Origin: Cyanobacteria bacterium P01_F01_bin.150
GTDB lineage: Bacteria > Cyanobacteriota > Cyanobacteriia > CAKZMO01
Reading direction: 5' to 3'
NCBI GenBank assembly: GCA_039189765.1
Contig: JBCCYL010000015.1
Coordinates: 1 to 64,000, forward strand
Length of the DNA stretch: 64,000 bases
Under the pieces are notes generated by a model. That model saw nothing but the letters and a program-made list of their open reading frames with translations. It was not told where the DNA came from and made no database searches. Below are positions 1 through 9,900 of this stretch, piece after piece. The stretch's first letter is position 1; every line of letters begins with the position of its first letter. The position numbers and the translations under genes are program-made.

Positions 1-176
1 GATTTTGCTTACTATTTTTAGTTTTAAAATATAAATATATTATTTGAAATAGATTAAATAAATATGTTTTGTGAAAGCTTTTGATGCTGTATATGTCAGT
101 TTTTTGACTGTTTATTTTATTTGGAATTGGCTTGAAAATTAAGTCGGAAAGAATTCAATAGAGCACTAGAATGCAG

Positions 177-208
177 AGTGCCCCAGTGCCCCAGTGCCCC
201 AGTGCCCC
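177..208. repeat. Octamer tandem repeat (AGTGCCCC)x4
   Basis: Four perfect copies in an AT-rich leader; short tandem repeats of this kind are common in filamentous cyanobacteria. Confidence 0.9.
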
Positions 209-465
209 ACCTTAAAATATAAGTCTCCAAAGAAAAGCAGAATAAATCTTATATATTTCCGCAGAAGAACTATTGAAAACTATTCCATTTTTGCTTAATC
301 TGCATGATTTTTAGTTCCCAAACGTATAGCTTTTTAGATGCACAACACAAGTTGAAATTACAACAAATATGGTCATCTAATTCCCCTATTTCCATCATTG
401 CTTGCGATATTTGTATCATCTTGATTCATCAACTATTTGAAACACCACACAAGGAAATACAATCG

Positions 466-2178
466 ATGCTTTATTCTGCTCATCACCAGGATTCTTCCCA
501 AAAAGCAACTCTGCTTGTTGTTGGCAGCGGTATTACTGGATTAATGACGGCCTATCAGGCAGCATTGGCAGGATACTCCGTCAAAATTGTTAGCAAAAGC
601 CCCGATCCTCGTTCGGCAAAGGCTGGTACTCGATTTGAATCATCCACCTGGGATGGATATGTAAATCGCTACATTACGTTAACAGAAGGCCATCCCTATC
701 TGGATTTACCAGGCTACATTACAACCATGTATCCCGGCATTGATACTGATTTTCAGCAGGCTATTTCCCAAGGCGGTATGTTAGTTCATCCCAGGGAAAA
801 GTGGAATGCATTGAACCAGGAATTTCTGGCTGAACGCGATCGCGCCAATGCCAACCATGATGAAATTTTGACGCTGTTCCATGAATATATCGATGAAAAT
901 CGAGCCAGTATGGCATCCTGGTATCGTTTGCTAACAAATGCGATTAAGAAAAATCCAGAGCTTGCGGCCAAGATTTCCCTTCATAGTCATGGCATCGATC
1001 GCTTCTACGATGAGGCCTCTTTATTTGAAGGCGCAACCCACACTCAACGGGTTCAAAATATTGTTAAAAAATCCTACTCTCCCCAGGAATTACTAGCGGA
1101 TCCGTCCTTCCAAATCTATGCCTCAGGATTAAGTCAAGAGCCATTTATCGAAGGGGGGGGACTCACCATGTACGGGTTAGCGTTTGATATCCAGGCGCTT
1201 TGTCGAGAATGGCTGTTTCCTGAACTTGAATCCCATGGTGTAGAGCTTTGTTTGGGTCCTGCATACGACGTCGTTGAGATTGTTCGCGATGCGCAGGGCT
1301 ACGTTGTGGGAGTCAAGACTGCCAATGGCGAACTGCATGGAGCCAAACACCTTATCCTCCATCCCGGAGCCTATATGGATCCCAATGTCCTTAAAGGCAC
1401 GGAGGCCCATGGCAAGCTGGCAGGGGTGAAGGGCCTATGGATGCGCGTAAAACAGGCTGAGAAGTTGTTTGGGGATGCGCCTCGACCCAATAAAATTCAT
1501 GGTGGTCGCTATGCCGTGGAGATGGATGGGCATACCTACACGGGGCAAATTTGTGATTTAAACGTGATGCCCAAACATAATGCCGATGGGAGCTGGGAGC
1601 TGGTGATTGGCAGTGGCTATTTGTTTGTGGGCACCTATCCCTTTGAAGGTGATGCCATTATGGGCCAACCGTTACCGGATGCGGTGAAGGAAGGCGATCG
1701 CCAAACCCAAATTCAGTTTGTGGAAGAGCTGGCGATTCGTGCCTTTGCCCAGGTCGTTTCGCGGGTGTATGACCTGGATATTGATATGGATGCGGTGCTG
1801 GCTGGCACCCATGACTATATCGATCTGCCTTCCAATGGCTGTGTTCGCTCCTGGACTCCCGATGATAAAGAACTACGGGTTTTGATGCCAACGGTCGCGG
1901 GCGGCATGGCGATTATCGACGGTGGAGGTAATACGGGGAGTACGACTAAAGCGCCCTTTGTCAGTCAGTCTATGATTCGCTTTACTCAGGCGATTGATAA
2001 AACGGTCAAGCCGATGGAGATGGGGCAAGAGGTCCTTCAAACGTTTTACGAAGATATTCGTGCCTCTTTACGGCGAACGGTGGATGATTTGCCTAAATCC
2101 CGGTGGCAAGAGTTGGAGGATGCCCTCAATGCTGCTGTGGAGGCGACACGGGCGGTGAGGGCGATCGCTTTATTTTAG
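466..2178 (+). CDS. FAD-dependent oxidoreductase (DAO / D-amino-acid dehydrogenase-like)
   Basis: Rossmann motif LVVGSGITGLMTAYQAA; C-terminal CVRSWTPDD and GGGNTG motifs resemble the DAO family; start moved from 304 to ATG 466, which follows AAGGA at 451-455. Confidence 0.75.
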   Translation: MLYSAHHQDSSQKATLLVVGSGITGLMTAYQAALAGYSVKIVSKSPDPRSAKAGTRFESSTWDGYVNRYITLTEGHPYLDLPGYITTMYPGIDTDFQQAISQGGMLVHPREKWNALNQEFLAERDRANANHDEILTLFHEYIDENRASMASWYRLLTNAIKKNPELAAKISLHSHGIDRFYDEASLFEGATHTQRVQNIVKKSYSPQELLADPSFQIYASGLSQEPFIEGGGLTMYGLAFDIQALCREWLFPELESHGVELCLGPAYDVVEIVRDAQGYVVGVKTANGELHGAKHLILHPGAYMDPNVLKGTEAHGKLAGVKGLWMRVKQAEKLFGDAPRPNKIHGGRYAVEMDGHTYTGQICDLNVMPKHNADGSWELVIGSGYLFVGTYPFEGDAIMGQPLPDAVKEGDRQTQIQFVEELAIRAFAQVVSRVYDLDIDMDAVLAGTHDYIDLPSNGCVRSWTPDDKELRVLMPTVAGGMAIIDGGGNTGSTTKAPFVSQSMIRFTQAIDKTVKPMEMGQEVLQTFYEDIRASLRRTVDDLPKSRWQELEDALNAAVEATRAVRAIALF

Positions 2179-2199
2179 ATTTTGGATTTTGGATTTTGG
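2172..2199. repeat. Heptamer tandem repeat (ATTTTRG)x4, STRR-type
   Basis: ATTTTAG ATTTTGG ATTTTGG ATTTTGG overlapping the stop codon. Confidence 0.85.
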
Positions 2200-2207
2200 A
2201 GGGAGAT

Positions 2208-2317
2208 ACCTCGTTCCCAGTGCCTCGTTGGGAAGGTGCTTCTGAGCCAGAGGCTCAGGGCGGACAACGGAGCCGGAGTCTTCTTTTGAGATGCTCAGCC
2301 GGAGTCTGGGTACCAGA
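2208..2317. repeat. Degenerate cyanobacterial multi-hairpin dispersed repeat (CTCGTTCCCAG...CTGGGAACGAG type)
   Basis: CCTCGTTCCCAG...TGGGAA hairpin, CTGAGCC/GGCTCAG hairpin and terminal CTGGGTACCAG. Confidence 0.55.
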
Positions 2318-2353
2318 ATTTCCTGTCCAGTAGCAAGAACGAAGAAACGAATC

Positions 2354-3250
2354 ATGCGACTTCTCGGTACTTTTCTGATTGTGATATCGGCGATCGCCTT
2401 TGGGGCTATGCCGATCTTTGCCCACTTTGCCTATGGGGCTAGTGTTACTCCCCTAACAGCTTTATTTTTTCGATTTGCGATCGCCGCTCTCTGCCTTTGC
2501 AGCACTCTGATTATCCACAGAGTTCCCCTGCCTAATCCACGGAATTTCAAAATCCTGATCCTGTTGGGCGGAGTCGGGTTTGTGGTGCAATCTATTACCT
2601 TTTTTACGGCCTTGACATTTGTATCCCCTGGCTTGGTGGTATTGCTGTTGTATCTGTATCCGACGATTGTGGTGGGTCTTTCTATCTTTTGCCTCAACCA
2701 GCCCAGCAGTCCTACTAAATTAATGGCGTTGGCGATCGCCCTGTTGGGAACTGTGTTGACTATTGGCCCGGTGGAAAAAGCCCAGCTACTGGGGGTAGCC
2801 TTGGGTCTGATTTCTGCTGTGACCTATGCCGTTTATGTGTTGGTGGGCGATCGCGTGATGCAAGAGGAATCCCCTTTGACGACTTGCACGGTGATGATTT
2901 CGGCGGCGGCCCTTGTGTTTGGCAGTATGGTGGCTATTCAAGGCGTGAGTTTGCCGACTAGTGTGGTTGGCTGGATGGCGATCGCCGCCCTGGGGTTAAT
3001 TTCCACGGTGATCGCCATTGGCGCTCTATTTGCTGGAATTAAGTGTTTGGGGGCTACCACTGCATCGATGCTGTCAACGTTGGAACCAGTGGTCACCATT
3101 GTGCTGGCGTTTTGGCTTTTACAACAACCCATTACGATTATGCAGATCATTGGTGGAGCGCTGATTTTGATGGCTGTTATGCTTTTGTCACTGGAAAAAC
3201 AACTCCCAAAATTATCCACGGCAGGTTTTGGTGGTGACTCGGATGCATAA
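2354..3250 (+). CDS. DMT/EamA family transporter
   Basis: About 10 hydrophobic segments in two EamA repeats; LLYLYP and STLEPV motifs; ATG 2354 preferred as start. Confidence 0.9.
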   Translation: MRLLGTFLIVISAIAFGAMPIFAHFAYGASVTPLTALFFRFAIAALCLCSTLIIHRVPLPNPRNFKILILLGGVGFVVQSITFFTALTFVSPGLVVLLLYLYPTIVVGLSIFCLNQPSSPTKLMALAIALLGTVLTIGPVEKAQLLGVALGLISAVTYAVYVLVGDRVMQEESPLTTCTVMISAAALVFGSMVAIQGVSLPTSVVGWMAIAALGLISTVIAIGALFAGIKCLGATTASMLSTLEPVVTIVLAFWLLQQPITIMQIIGGALILMAVMLLSLEKQLPKLSTAGFGGDSDA

Positions 3251-3259
3251 ACTTCTCAA

Positions 3260-4201
3260 TCAGTAGCCTTGGTCTCGATTAACAATATGAGCTGGAGTGA
3301 TACCTGCTTCGGTTTGAGTGATGGTATCAGCGATATAGCGAACCGTTAATTGTGGCTGACTAATACAAGCGATGTGGGGCGTCAAAATAATGCGAGGATG
3401 ATCCCAAAACGGGTGATTGGAAGGCAATGGTTCAGGTTCAAAAACGTCTAAACAGGCTCCTGAAAGCTGGCCTGAGGCCAAGGCGCTAACTAGATCATCT
3501 TCTATCAAATGTTGACCTCGACCAACGTTAATTAGATATGCGCCCTTTGGTAAAGAAGCAAATAGTTTACATGATAGAATTCCTTGCGTTTGGGAGGTTA
3601 ACGGTAGCAGACATACGATTACAGAACATTCACTTAAAAAAGTATTGAGCTGCATATCGCCATGAAAACACTCCACACCGTCAAGCGTCTTAGCCCGTCG
3701 ACTCCATCCCCTTACTGATAGCCCCAGAGTAACAAGGGATTGGGCAACGGCTGCTCCCATTGCTCCTAAGCCTAGGATGCCCACAGTAAAAGGTTGTTTT
3801 TGTAGATCGGGTAGTTCTTGCCAGCGGTGCGATCGCTGTAATTCTTGATAATCTGTTATCTGAAGCTTGAATGCTAAAATAGCCCACAGCACGTATTCCA
3901 CCATTGCCCTGGGTAACTCATCATAAACAGCACGGACGATAGGAACGTGGTGGGGTAAATGTGGGTCACGCAGGATATGGTCAACCCCAGCCCCCAGGGA
4001 GCAAATCAATTGCAGGTTAATCAATTGTTGGATGATACCCAATGGGGGCCACCATGCCAGTACAATATTGATATCATCGTAATGTCCACACTCTGGCCAT
4101 ATCCGGACATCCCAAGTCGACTGTGTCTGCTTCAATATTTTGACAACCTCAGTAAGCCATAAATCTGCTGGATCAAGGGTGGTGAGAACGAGGATTATCA
4201 T
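3260..4201 (-). CDS. ghrA: D-2-hydroxyacid dehydrogenase (glyoxylate/hydroxypyruvate reductase A-like)
   Basis: GAGVD, GLGAMG, GWSR, NVGRG, DVFEPEP and TPHIA motifs; Arg/Glu/His triad intact. Confidence 0.85.
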   Translation of the reverse strand: MIILVLTTLDPADLWLTEVVKILKQTQSTWDVRIWPECGHYDDINIVLAWWPPLGIIQQLINLQLICSLGAGVDHILRDPHLPHHVPIVRAVYDELPRAMVEYVLWAILAFKLQITDYQELQRSHRWQELPDLQKQPFTVGILGLGAMGAAVAQSLVTLGLSVRGWSRRAKTLDGVECFHGDMQLNTFLSECSVIVCLLPLTSQTQGILSCKLFASLPKGAYLINVGRGQHLIEDDLVSALASGQLSGACLDVFEPEPLPSNHPFWDHPRIILTPHIACISQPQLTVRYIADTITQTEAGITPAHIVNRDQGY

Positions 4202-4289
4202 GCTTTCGTTAACCAGTCCATTATTGGAAATAAGTAAGAATGTTACTAATGATAAAGAGATTAGAGCACGGAACCTTTAACAAAGCCTC

Positions 4290-5501
4290 CTAGACTATGA
4301 ACTGGGGCAAACTGGCTACGGCCATCTCAATCTCCTTGCGTTGGCCTAACGTATTCAACCGTAAAAAGCCCTCTCCGCAGGATCCAAAGACACATCCTGG
4401 AACTCCTACAATTCCGGTTGACTCTAGAAGAGCTTGGAAAAAGTCCCAAGATGAGAGTGTATCAGGAGCCTTAACCCAGACAAAAGGACTATTTTGAGAG
4501 CCAAAACATTCCAGCCCAATATCTTCTAGGCCATGCTGGAGTAACCGAGCATTTTGCAAATAGTAGTCTACGACTGCCTCGCACTCTTGTTGTCCAGCCT
4601 CGGATAGAGCAGCGATCGCCCCTGCTTGGGCTACGTTAGACGTTCCCCAAAACTTAATGGCATGGCGAATACGCCATAGTTCGTTCAATTCTCCCGCAAC
4701 TGTATCTTGGATGGTAAGGGATTTAGGAATAACACACCAACCAACCCGCAAGCCAGTAAACCCTGCCCATTTGGAAAAACTGCCAATTTCGATGGCACAT
4801 TCTTTGGCACCTTCTATTTCATAGATGCTGCGAGGAATAACTGGATTGGTAATAAAAGGGCTGTAAACAGCATCAAATACAATGACCGTTTTCGTGGCCC
4901 TAGCATAATCGACAAAAGCCTGAAGCTGCTGACGAGTGGCCACAGCCCCCGTGGGATTATTTGGAAAACACAGATAGATTAAATCAACAGGCTGTTGAGG
5001 AAGTGGAGGAAAAAAATGGCTGTCTTCTGAACAAGGTAGATACACTAATGGACGGCCTGCTAGCATCGTACCTTCTACAAAGGACGGATAGGCTGGATCC
5101 TGCACTGCAACCGTATTCTCTAAGGCAAACAGGTCTTGAACGTTAACCGATGCAGATTGAGCACCGTCGCTAATAAAAATATCATTGGACTCTAGCTCAA
5201 CCTGTAGATTATTCCAGTAATAGCGGTCGCAAATAGCTTGGCGGAGTGCTGCACTGCCAACAATATCTTCATAGCCTGTATAAGTCTTTGAGTGCCCTAG
5301 CCGATGGGCACTCTTAACTAATTCCTGAGTCACTGTAGGGGATAACGGTTGCGTTGTATCCCCGAATGCCATCATATAAATGTGAGCCTGGGAATGGGTA
5401 GAACGATATGCTTCTGCTCTACCCCACACTTTGTTAAATACAATTTGAGTGTATGTTGCATCACCTGTTAGTTGACTAAGCCTCGAATTTTTTGTCGCCA
5501 T
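4290..5501 (-). CDS. PLP aminotransferase, LL-diaminopimelate aminotransferase (DapL) fold with divergent substrate pocket
   Basis: CFPNNPTG, FDAVY and SFSKWAGFTGLR (PLP lysine) motifs; residues that bind the distal end of DAP are altered. Confidence 0.85.
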   Translation of the reverse strand: MATKNSRLSQLTGDATYTQIVFNKVWGRAEAYRSTHSQAHIYMMAFGDTTQPLSPTVTQELVKSAHRLGHSKTYTGYEDIVGSAALRQAICDRYYWNNLQVELESNDIFISDGAQSASVNVQDLFALENTVAVQDPAYPSFVEGTMLAGRPLVYLPCSEDSHFFPPLPQQPVDLIYLCFPNNPTGAVATRQQLQAFVDYARATKTVIVFDAVYSPFITNPVIPRSIYEIEGAKECAIEIGSFSKWAGFTGLRVGWCVIPKSLTIQDTVAGELNELWRIRHAIKFWGTSNVAQAGAIAALSEAGQQECEAVVDYYLQNARLLQHGLEDIGLECFGSQNSPFVWVKAPDTLSSWDFFQALLESTGIVGVPGCVFGSCGEGFLRLNTLGQRKEIEMAVASLPQFIV

Positions 5502-5562
5502 TACAATTCGTATCAAAATACCAGAGAGCATTGAAACCAAAAGGTTTCACTTTAGGGCGAAA

Positions 5563-5654
5563 CTCAGATTTTGCACTTGTTGTTTTGTGGGGGCCAAACC
5601 GCTCCCTCAAAACAACATATCTCTTTAGCAAGAGGTACAGGTGCAATATCTGAG
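5563..5654. mobile_element. 92-bp MITE-like element nested in the above
   Basis: 18-bp imperfect terminal inverted repeats CTCAGATTTTGCACTTGT / ACAGGTGCAATATCTGAG; internal hairpin GTTGTTTTG...CAAAACAAC. Confidence 0.7.
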
Positions 5655-5801
5655 CTTCTGACGAGTTGTGTCGGCTTCGCTAACACAACTCGTTCAAAAG
5701 GCAAGGAACACGTCGTGTTTTTTGAGGAGCCTCTAACGAGTTGTGTCGATTTCGCCGACACAACTCGTTCAACATGCAAGAAACACGTCGTGTTTCTTAG
5801 G
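5652..5801. repeat. Two tandem 75-bp double-hairpin units
   Basis: Units start at 5652 and 5727; each has an ACGAGTTGTGTCG...ACACAACTCGT stem plus an AACACG-T-CGTGTT stem. Confidence 0.85.
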
Positions 5802-5882
5802 AGGAAATAGATTTGCAGGCAACCAAAACGCTTCGCCCTCCGGTTTACCATCTAAAGTTGAGGGCGCGAACCGAAAACAACG

Positions 5883-6368
5883 CTAGTTGCTTTTCAGTTT
5901 TTCGCGTCTTAAGCGTTCCTGAATGTAAGGCGATAATTGATAGGTTGACAGTATCTCCAGAGAAATATATGCAGCACCTTTAATACAACCGAGGCATTTT
6001 GTTGAATTACATCGACAGTCGAATCCTTGATCCATTGACCACTCTGTAGAGGGATAAAAGAAAGTTAGCTCATCTCCAGGATTAATTTTTTGCAGGACGG
6101 TCACCGTTCCCTTGATAGGGTTAAAGTGAACATTGGGCTCACACCCATGGTTAATGTACTGAAGAAATTCAGGGTCTAACATGATGTGTTCGTAATCACT
6201 TTTTTGAACTGTTAAATAGTTAGGTTCCGTATAAATTTTTTTGGCTCCAAAAGTGCTGAACAATTCCCCCGGCATAAATGCTGTTGTGGCATGTAATGCT
6301 TTTTCTCCAGTTTTTTTACATTCTACAATCTTGGCAAAGTGGGGAACTTGGATCTCAGTAGTTTGCAT
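5883..6368 (-). CDS. Small stand-alone SET-domain methyltransferase with post-SET Cys motif (possible small-molecule methyltransferase)
   Basis: INHGCEPN, GDELTFFYPSTEW and CRCNSTKC motifs; ATG 6368 preceded by AAGGA. Confidence 0.88.
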   Translation of the reverse strand: MQTTEIQVPHFAKIVECKKTGEKALHATTAFMPGELFSTFGAKKIYTEPNYLTVQKSDYEHIMLDPEFLQYINHGCEPNVHFNPIKGTVTVLQKINPGDELTFFYPSTEWSMDQGFDCRCNSTKCLGCIKGAAYISLEILSTYQLSPYIQERLRREKLKSN

Positions 6369-6828
6369 AATTATCCTTAAAGACGTTTCAATACACTTGC
6401 TTAGCACTTCACAAACAAAAGGGTGCTAATGGTCTCGATTGAGAATCCTACTTATTCGAGCAATTAAGCCGTTGGGGAATCACATGTGTTAAGAAACACC
6501 TTAGAATCAACAGCTTAAGCTAAAATTCACTTATTTTGCATACTTTTGTAGCTATACCCCAGCCGAAGGCAAGCAAGGTACAGCTACGCAATGTAAATGC
6601 CTAACAGCTTATGCAAGAACTGAAATTTAACTTAACTCTAGTTAAGTAAATTATCGGAAAAATGTAAAATATCGGTAAAATCCCACGAAAAGAAATATTA
6701 AGAAACATTTATTAGTATTTATTTGTGTAAGTTCCTGTGACTGCTTAGTAGGGATGGAGCTGTAGAACGATGTTTTCATTTGAGCGTAACCTGCTGAACG
6801 GTAGGTTACGCCCCTCTTTCAAAGATTG

Positions 6829-6900
6829 GGTTTCGCTTCAAGGCAAAATAAAATAAGTGGGTGGTGGCTTGGAGTCCGCCACCCACTTGATGTTGATATC
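6829..6900 (+). mobile_element. 78-bp-family miniature element
   Basis: GGTTTCGCTTCAAGGCAAAA...AAGTGGGTGG/CCACCCACTT stem...GTTGATATC; flanks CAAAGATT / CAACGATT. Confidence 0.75.
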
Positions 6901-6908
6901 CCAACGAT

Positions 6909-9900
6909 TTAGCTGTTATCACACACGGATGATAAAGCATCATCAAGCAATAAGCGGTCATGGCGATCGCCCACCAGCACTACTATCCCATCTGCCACCA
7001 CGGTCAATTCCTGGTCCTCAAACACCGACTGAGAAACAAGGGGCGCATCCTCGATATGGACCGTTTCGTGATGATAAGACTGTTCAGCTTGTGGATGCTT
7101 ACTTTGCTCTGAATCCTGGGCATTTTCATTGGAGTCAATGGGCAATAAATCCTGCCATAGAATCACGGAGCCAAGGGCCGTCGTTGGACTCGTGGGCAAT
7201 CCGCCGCGACCGGAAATAATAAATTGGCTCAGGGATTGGGTATATCGTTCCTGACAGCTACGAACCACCTCTGGAGCCGCAAACACAGTTGGCAGATCGG
7301 TTTGATCTTCGCTTAAGTCTAGGTCAGGGGTTTGAAAAATCACTTCGCCGCTGAGTTCAGGATTATTTTGGGAAATGGCGGTAATATCATTGCTGCTCAA
7401 TGCGGCAGGGTCGAGTTCATCGGGATTTGTCGTCCCCAGCAACGTGGTTAGATCCTCCCGACTGCGGATGGAAAACCCAAAGATGGCCCTTAGGATAGCC
7501 TCGGAATCCGCATCCACGGTACTACCCTGCAATGCCTGTTCAACAAAACCAGGCCGATCCTGCAATACCTGTAGCAGGCCCGGTGTGGTGATCACAATTT
7601 GGCCGCCGCTGCCGTCAAAGGCATTGGCGGTAATATCCGTATTGCTGTTGGCAGTCGTCGCTAGGATATAGCCGTTCTCCACTGTTAAGAAAATATTGCC
7701 GCCATCGCCCCCGCTGCCCGTGGTGCCTGCGCTGGTGGTAATCTGGCTGCCTGCATTCATTTCCAGAGCATCCTGCAGGCTGAGGGTAATATTGCCGCCA
7801 TCGCCAGAGTTAGTTTCTGAGGTGAGCCGAGCGCGATCGCCCAGCTCAACGGCACGGGAAGTAATTTCAATATCCCCGGCGCTGCCGTCCCCGGCGCGAC
7901 TGGAGATATTGGCACGGGTCTGTAGCTGTAGCAGCTCTGGGATAGAGAAAATAAGATCACCTCCAGTTCCAGAGGCAGTTTCTGAGGTAATCCGACTCTC
8001 CTCGGCCAGCACCATCAATGGGGCTGTAATTTCAATATTTCCGGCAATGCCGCTGCCTACCGAACTGCTGGAAATACTGGCATTGGGCTGGAGCAGGATG
8101 CGCTCGCCCACGGTAAGGCGAATGGTGCCGCCTTCTCCCGACTCGGTGCCCGAGGCTAAGCGGCTATTTTCGTCCAAAATCAGCACAGGGGAGACGACTG
8201 TAATATTTCCGGCCCGACCATCGCCGGAACGACTGGAAATCTCGGCATTGGTTTGTAGCAGGATCTCGTCTTGGCTAACGATACGGATATTGCCCCCTTG
8301 GCTTTGCTCTTCGGTTGTTTGTCTAGCTTGAGTCGAGTTGGAATCGCGAGAGGAGGTAGAGCGGGAAAAAATAACGTCGGAGGGGCGATCGCTCGCATTG
8401 GCTTCGGATGCAATGCGACTATCTTCTGCCAAGTTAAGGGACGCTACTGAAAGGTTGATATTGCCAGCTACCCCTGTTTCGGATGCACTGCTGGAAATAT
8501 TGGCCTGGTCTGCCAGTTGCAGCCGTTCTTGACTGGTGACGCGAATATTGCCTCCTTGCCCTGATAGGGTTCCTGAGCTAAGGCGGCTGTTTTGCCCCAA
8601 GATAAGCGTAGGGGCTGTGACCTGAATTGGACCAGCCCGACCATCATCAGAGCGGCTGGAAATAGTGGCATTGGACCGTAGCCGTGCGGTCTCTTGGCTA
8701 TCTAGCGTCAGTCTGCCTCCTCGCCCAGAGGTAGTGGCAGAGGTCAGACTGCTTTGATTCCCCAATATTAAGTTACCGATGGATAGGGTAATGGGGCCTG
8801 CGATGCCAGATTCAGATTGGCTGGAAATACTGGCATTGCGTTGCAGTTGCGTGGTGTTTTGAGTGTTAACGGTAATGGCGCCGCCCTCTCCAGAGGTGGT
8901 AGCGGAGGTTAGACGGCTATCTGCACCCAAGGTTAGAGTGTTAGCAGATACCTCAATAGCGCCTGCAACTCCATCTTCAGACTGACTGGAAATCGTTGCG
9001 TTGGGCTGTAGTTCTACGATACCTTGGCTGGCGATCGCAATGCTTCCCCCTTGACCTGATGTAGTTTCAGACGTGAGACGACTCTGATTGCCTAGGGTTA
9101 AGTTGGCGGAAGACACATCAATATTGCCTGCTCTACCCTCTTCTGATTGACTGGACACCGCTGCTCGATTCTGGAGTTGCACATCACCTTGGCCATTAAT
9201 GGTGATATTTCCTCCCTGCCCAGTGGTGGTGGCGGAGGTCAGGCGACTGTCGTCTGACAATACAAGGTCGGAGGTCGATAGGGCGATATTTCCGGCTTGA
9301 CCAGTAGTGGATGCGCTGGAAATCTCAGCATTCGGTTGAAGTTGGGTGGCGGTGGCGATCGCCAAGCTAATATCGCCCCCTTCCCCAGAGTCAGTACCAG
9401 ACGTTAAGCGACTCTGATTACCCAAGGCCATATTCGCTGCGGATACGCCAATGCTGCCAGCAGTCCCATCGTTGGATTGACTGGAAATCGTTGCGTTGGG
9501 CTGTAGCTCTACGATACCTTGGCTAGCGATCGCAATGCTTCCCCCTTGACCTGATGTAGTTTCAGACGTGAGGCGACTGTTACTCTCTTGCAGTAAATCA
9601 GTGATAAATAGAGCGATATTCCCGGCTTGGCCGCTAAGGGATGCACTGGAAATTTCGGCATTAAGCTGTAGATCCACTGTGCCTTGGCTGGTAACCGTAA
9701 TGGTTCCGCCTTGCCCTGATGTGGTTTCAGAGGTGAGACGGCTTTGCTCGCCTAAGCTTAAGTTGGCGGAAGATACGTTAATATTGCCTGCTCTACCCTC
9801 TTCAGATTGGCTGGACACCGCTGCTCTATTTTGGAGTTGCACATTGCCCTGGCCATCAATGGTAATATTACCTCCCTGTCCAGAGATAGTGGCAGAGGTC

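Larger units (their letters stand above)
5543..5865 (+). mobile_element. Expanded copy of the 78-bp miniature element carrying nested repeats
   Basis: Left end GGTTTCACTTTAGGGCGAAAC and right end CTAAAGTTGAGGGC match the family; flanks GAAACCAAAA and CGAACCGAAA look like a degenerate duplication. Confidence 0.65.

Noticed and set aside
304..465. 54-aa N-terminal extension of the FAD oxidoreductase
   Set aside because: AT-rich with no ribosome site; ATG 466 has one and sits just before the Rossmann motif
5652..5801. Possible mini CRISPR array
   Set aside because: Only two units, the sequence between hairpins is also repeated (no unique spacers), and no cas genes are present
5564..5851. Overlapping 95-aa and 79-aa ORFs
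   Set aside because: They lie entirely within palindromic nested repeats and show no protein features
6369..6800. SAM riboswitch upstream of the SET gene
   Set aside because: Hairpins are present (TTAGCAC/GTGCTAA; GTAGCT/AGCTAC) but no recognisable SAM-I/II consensus; an Rfam scan would be decisive
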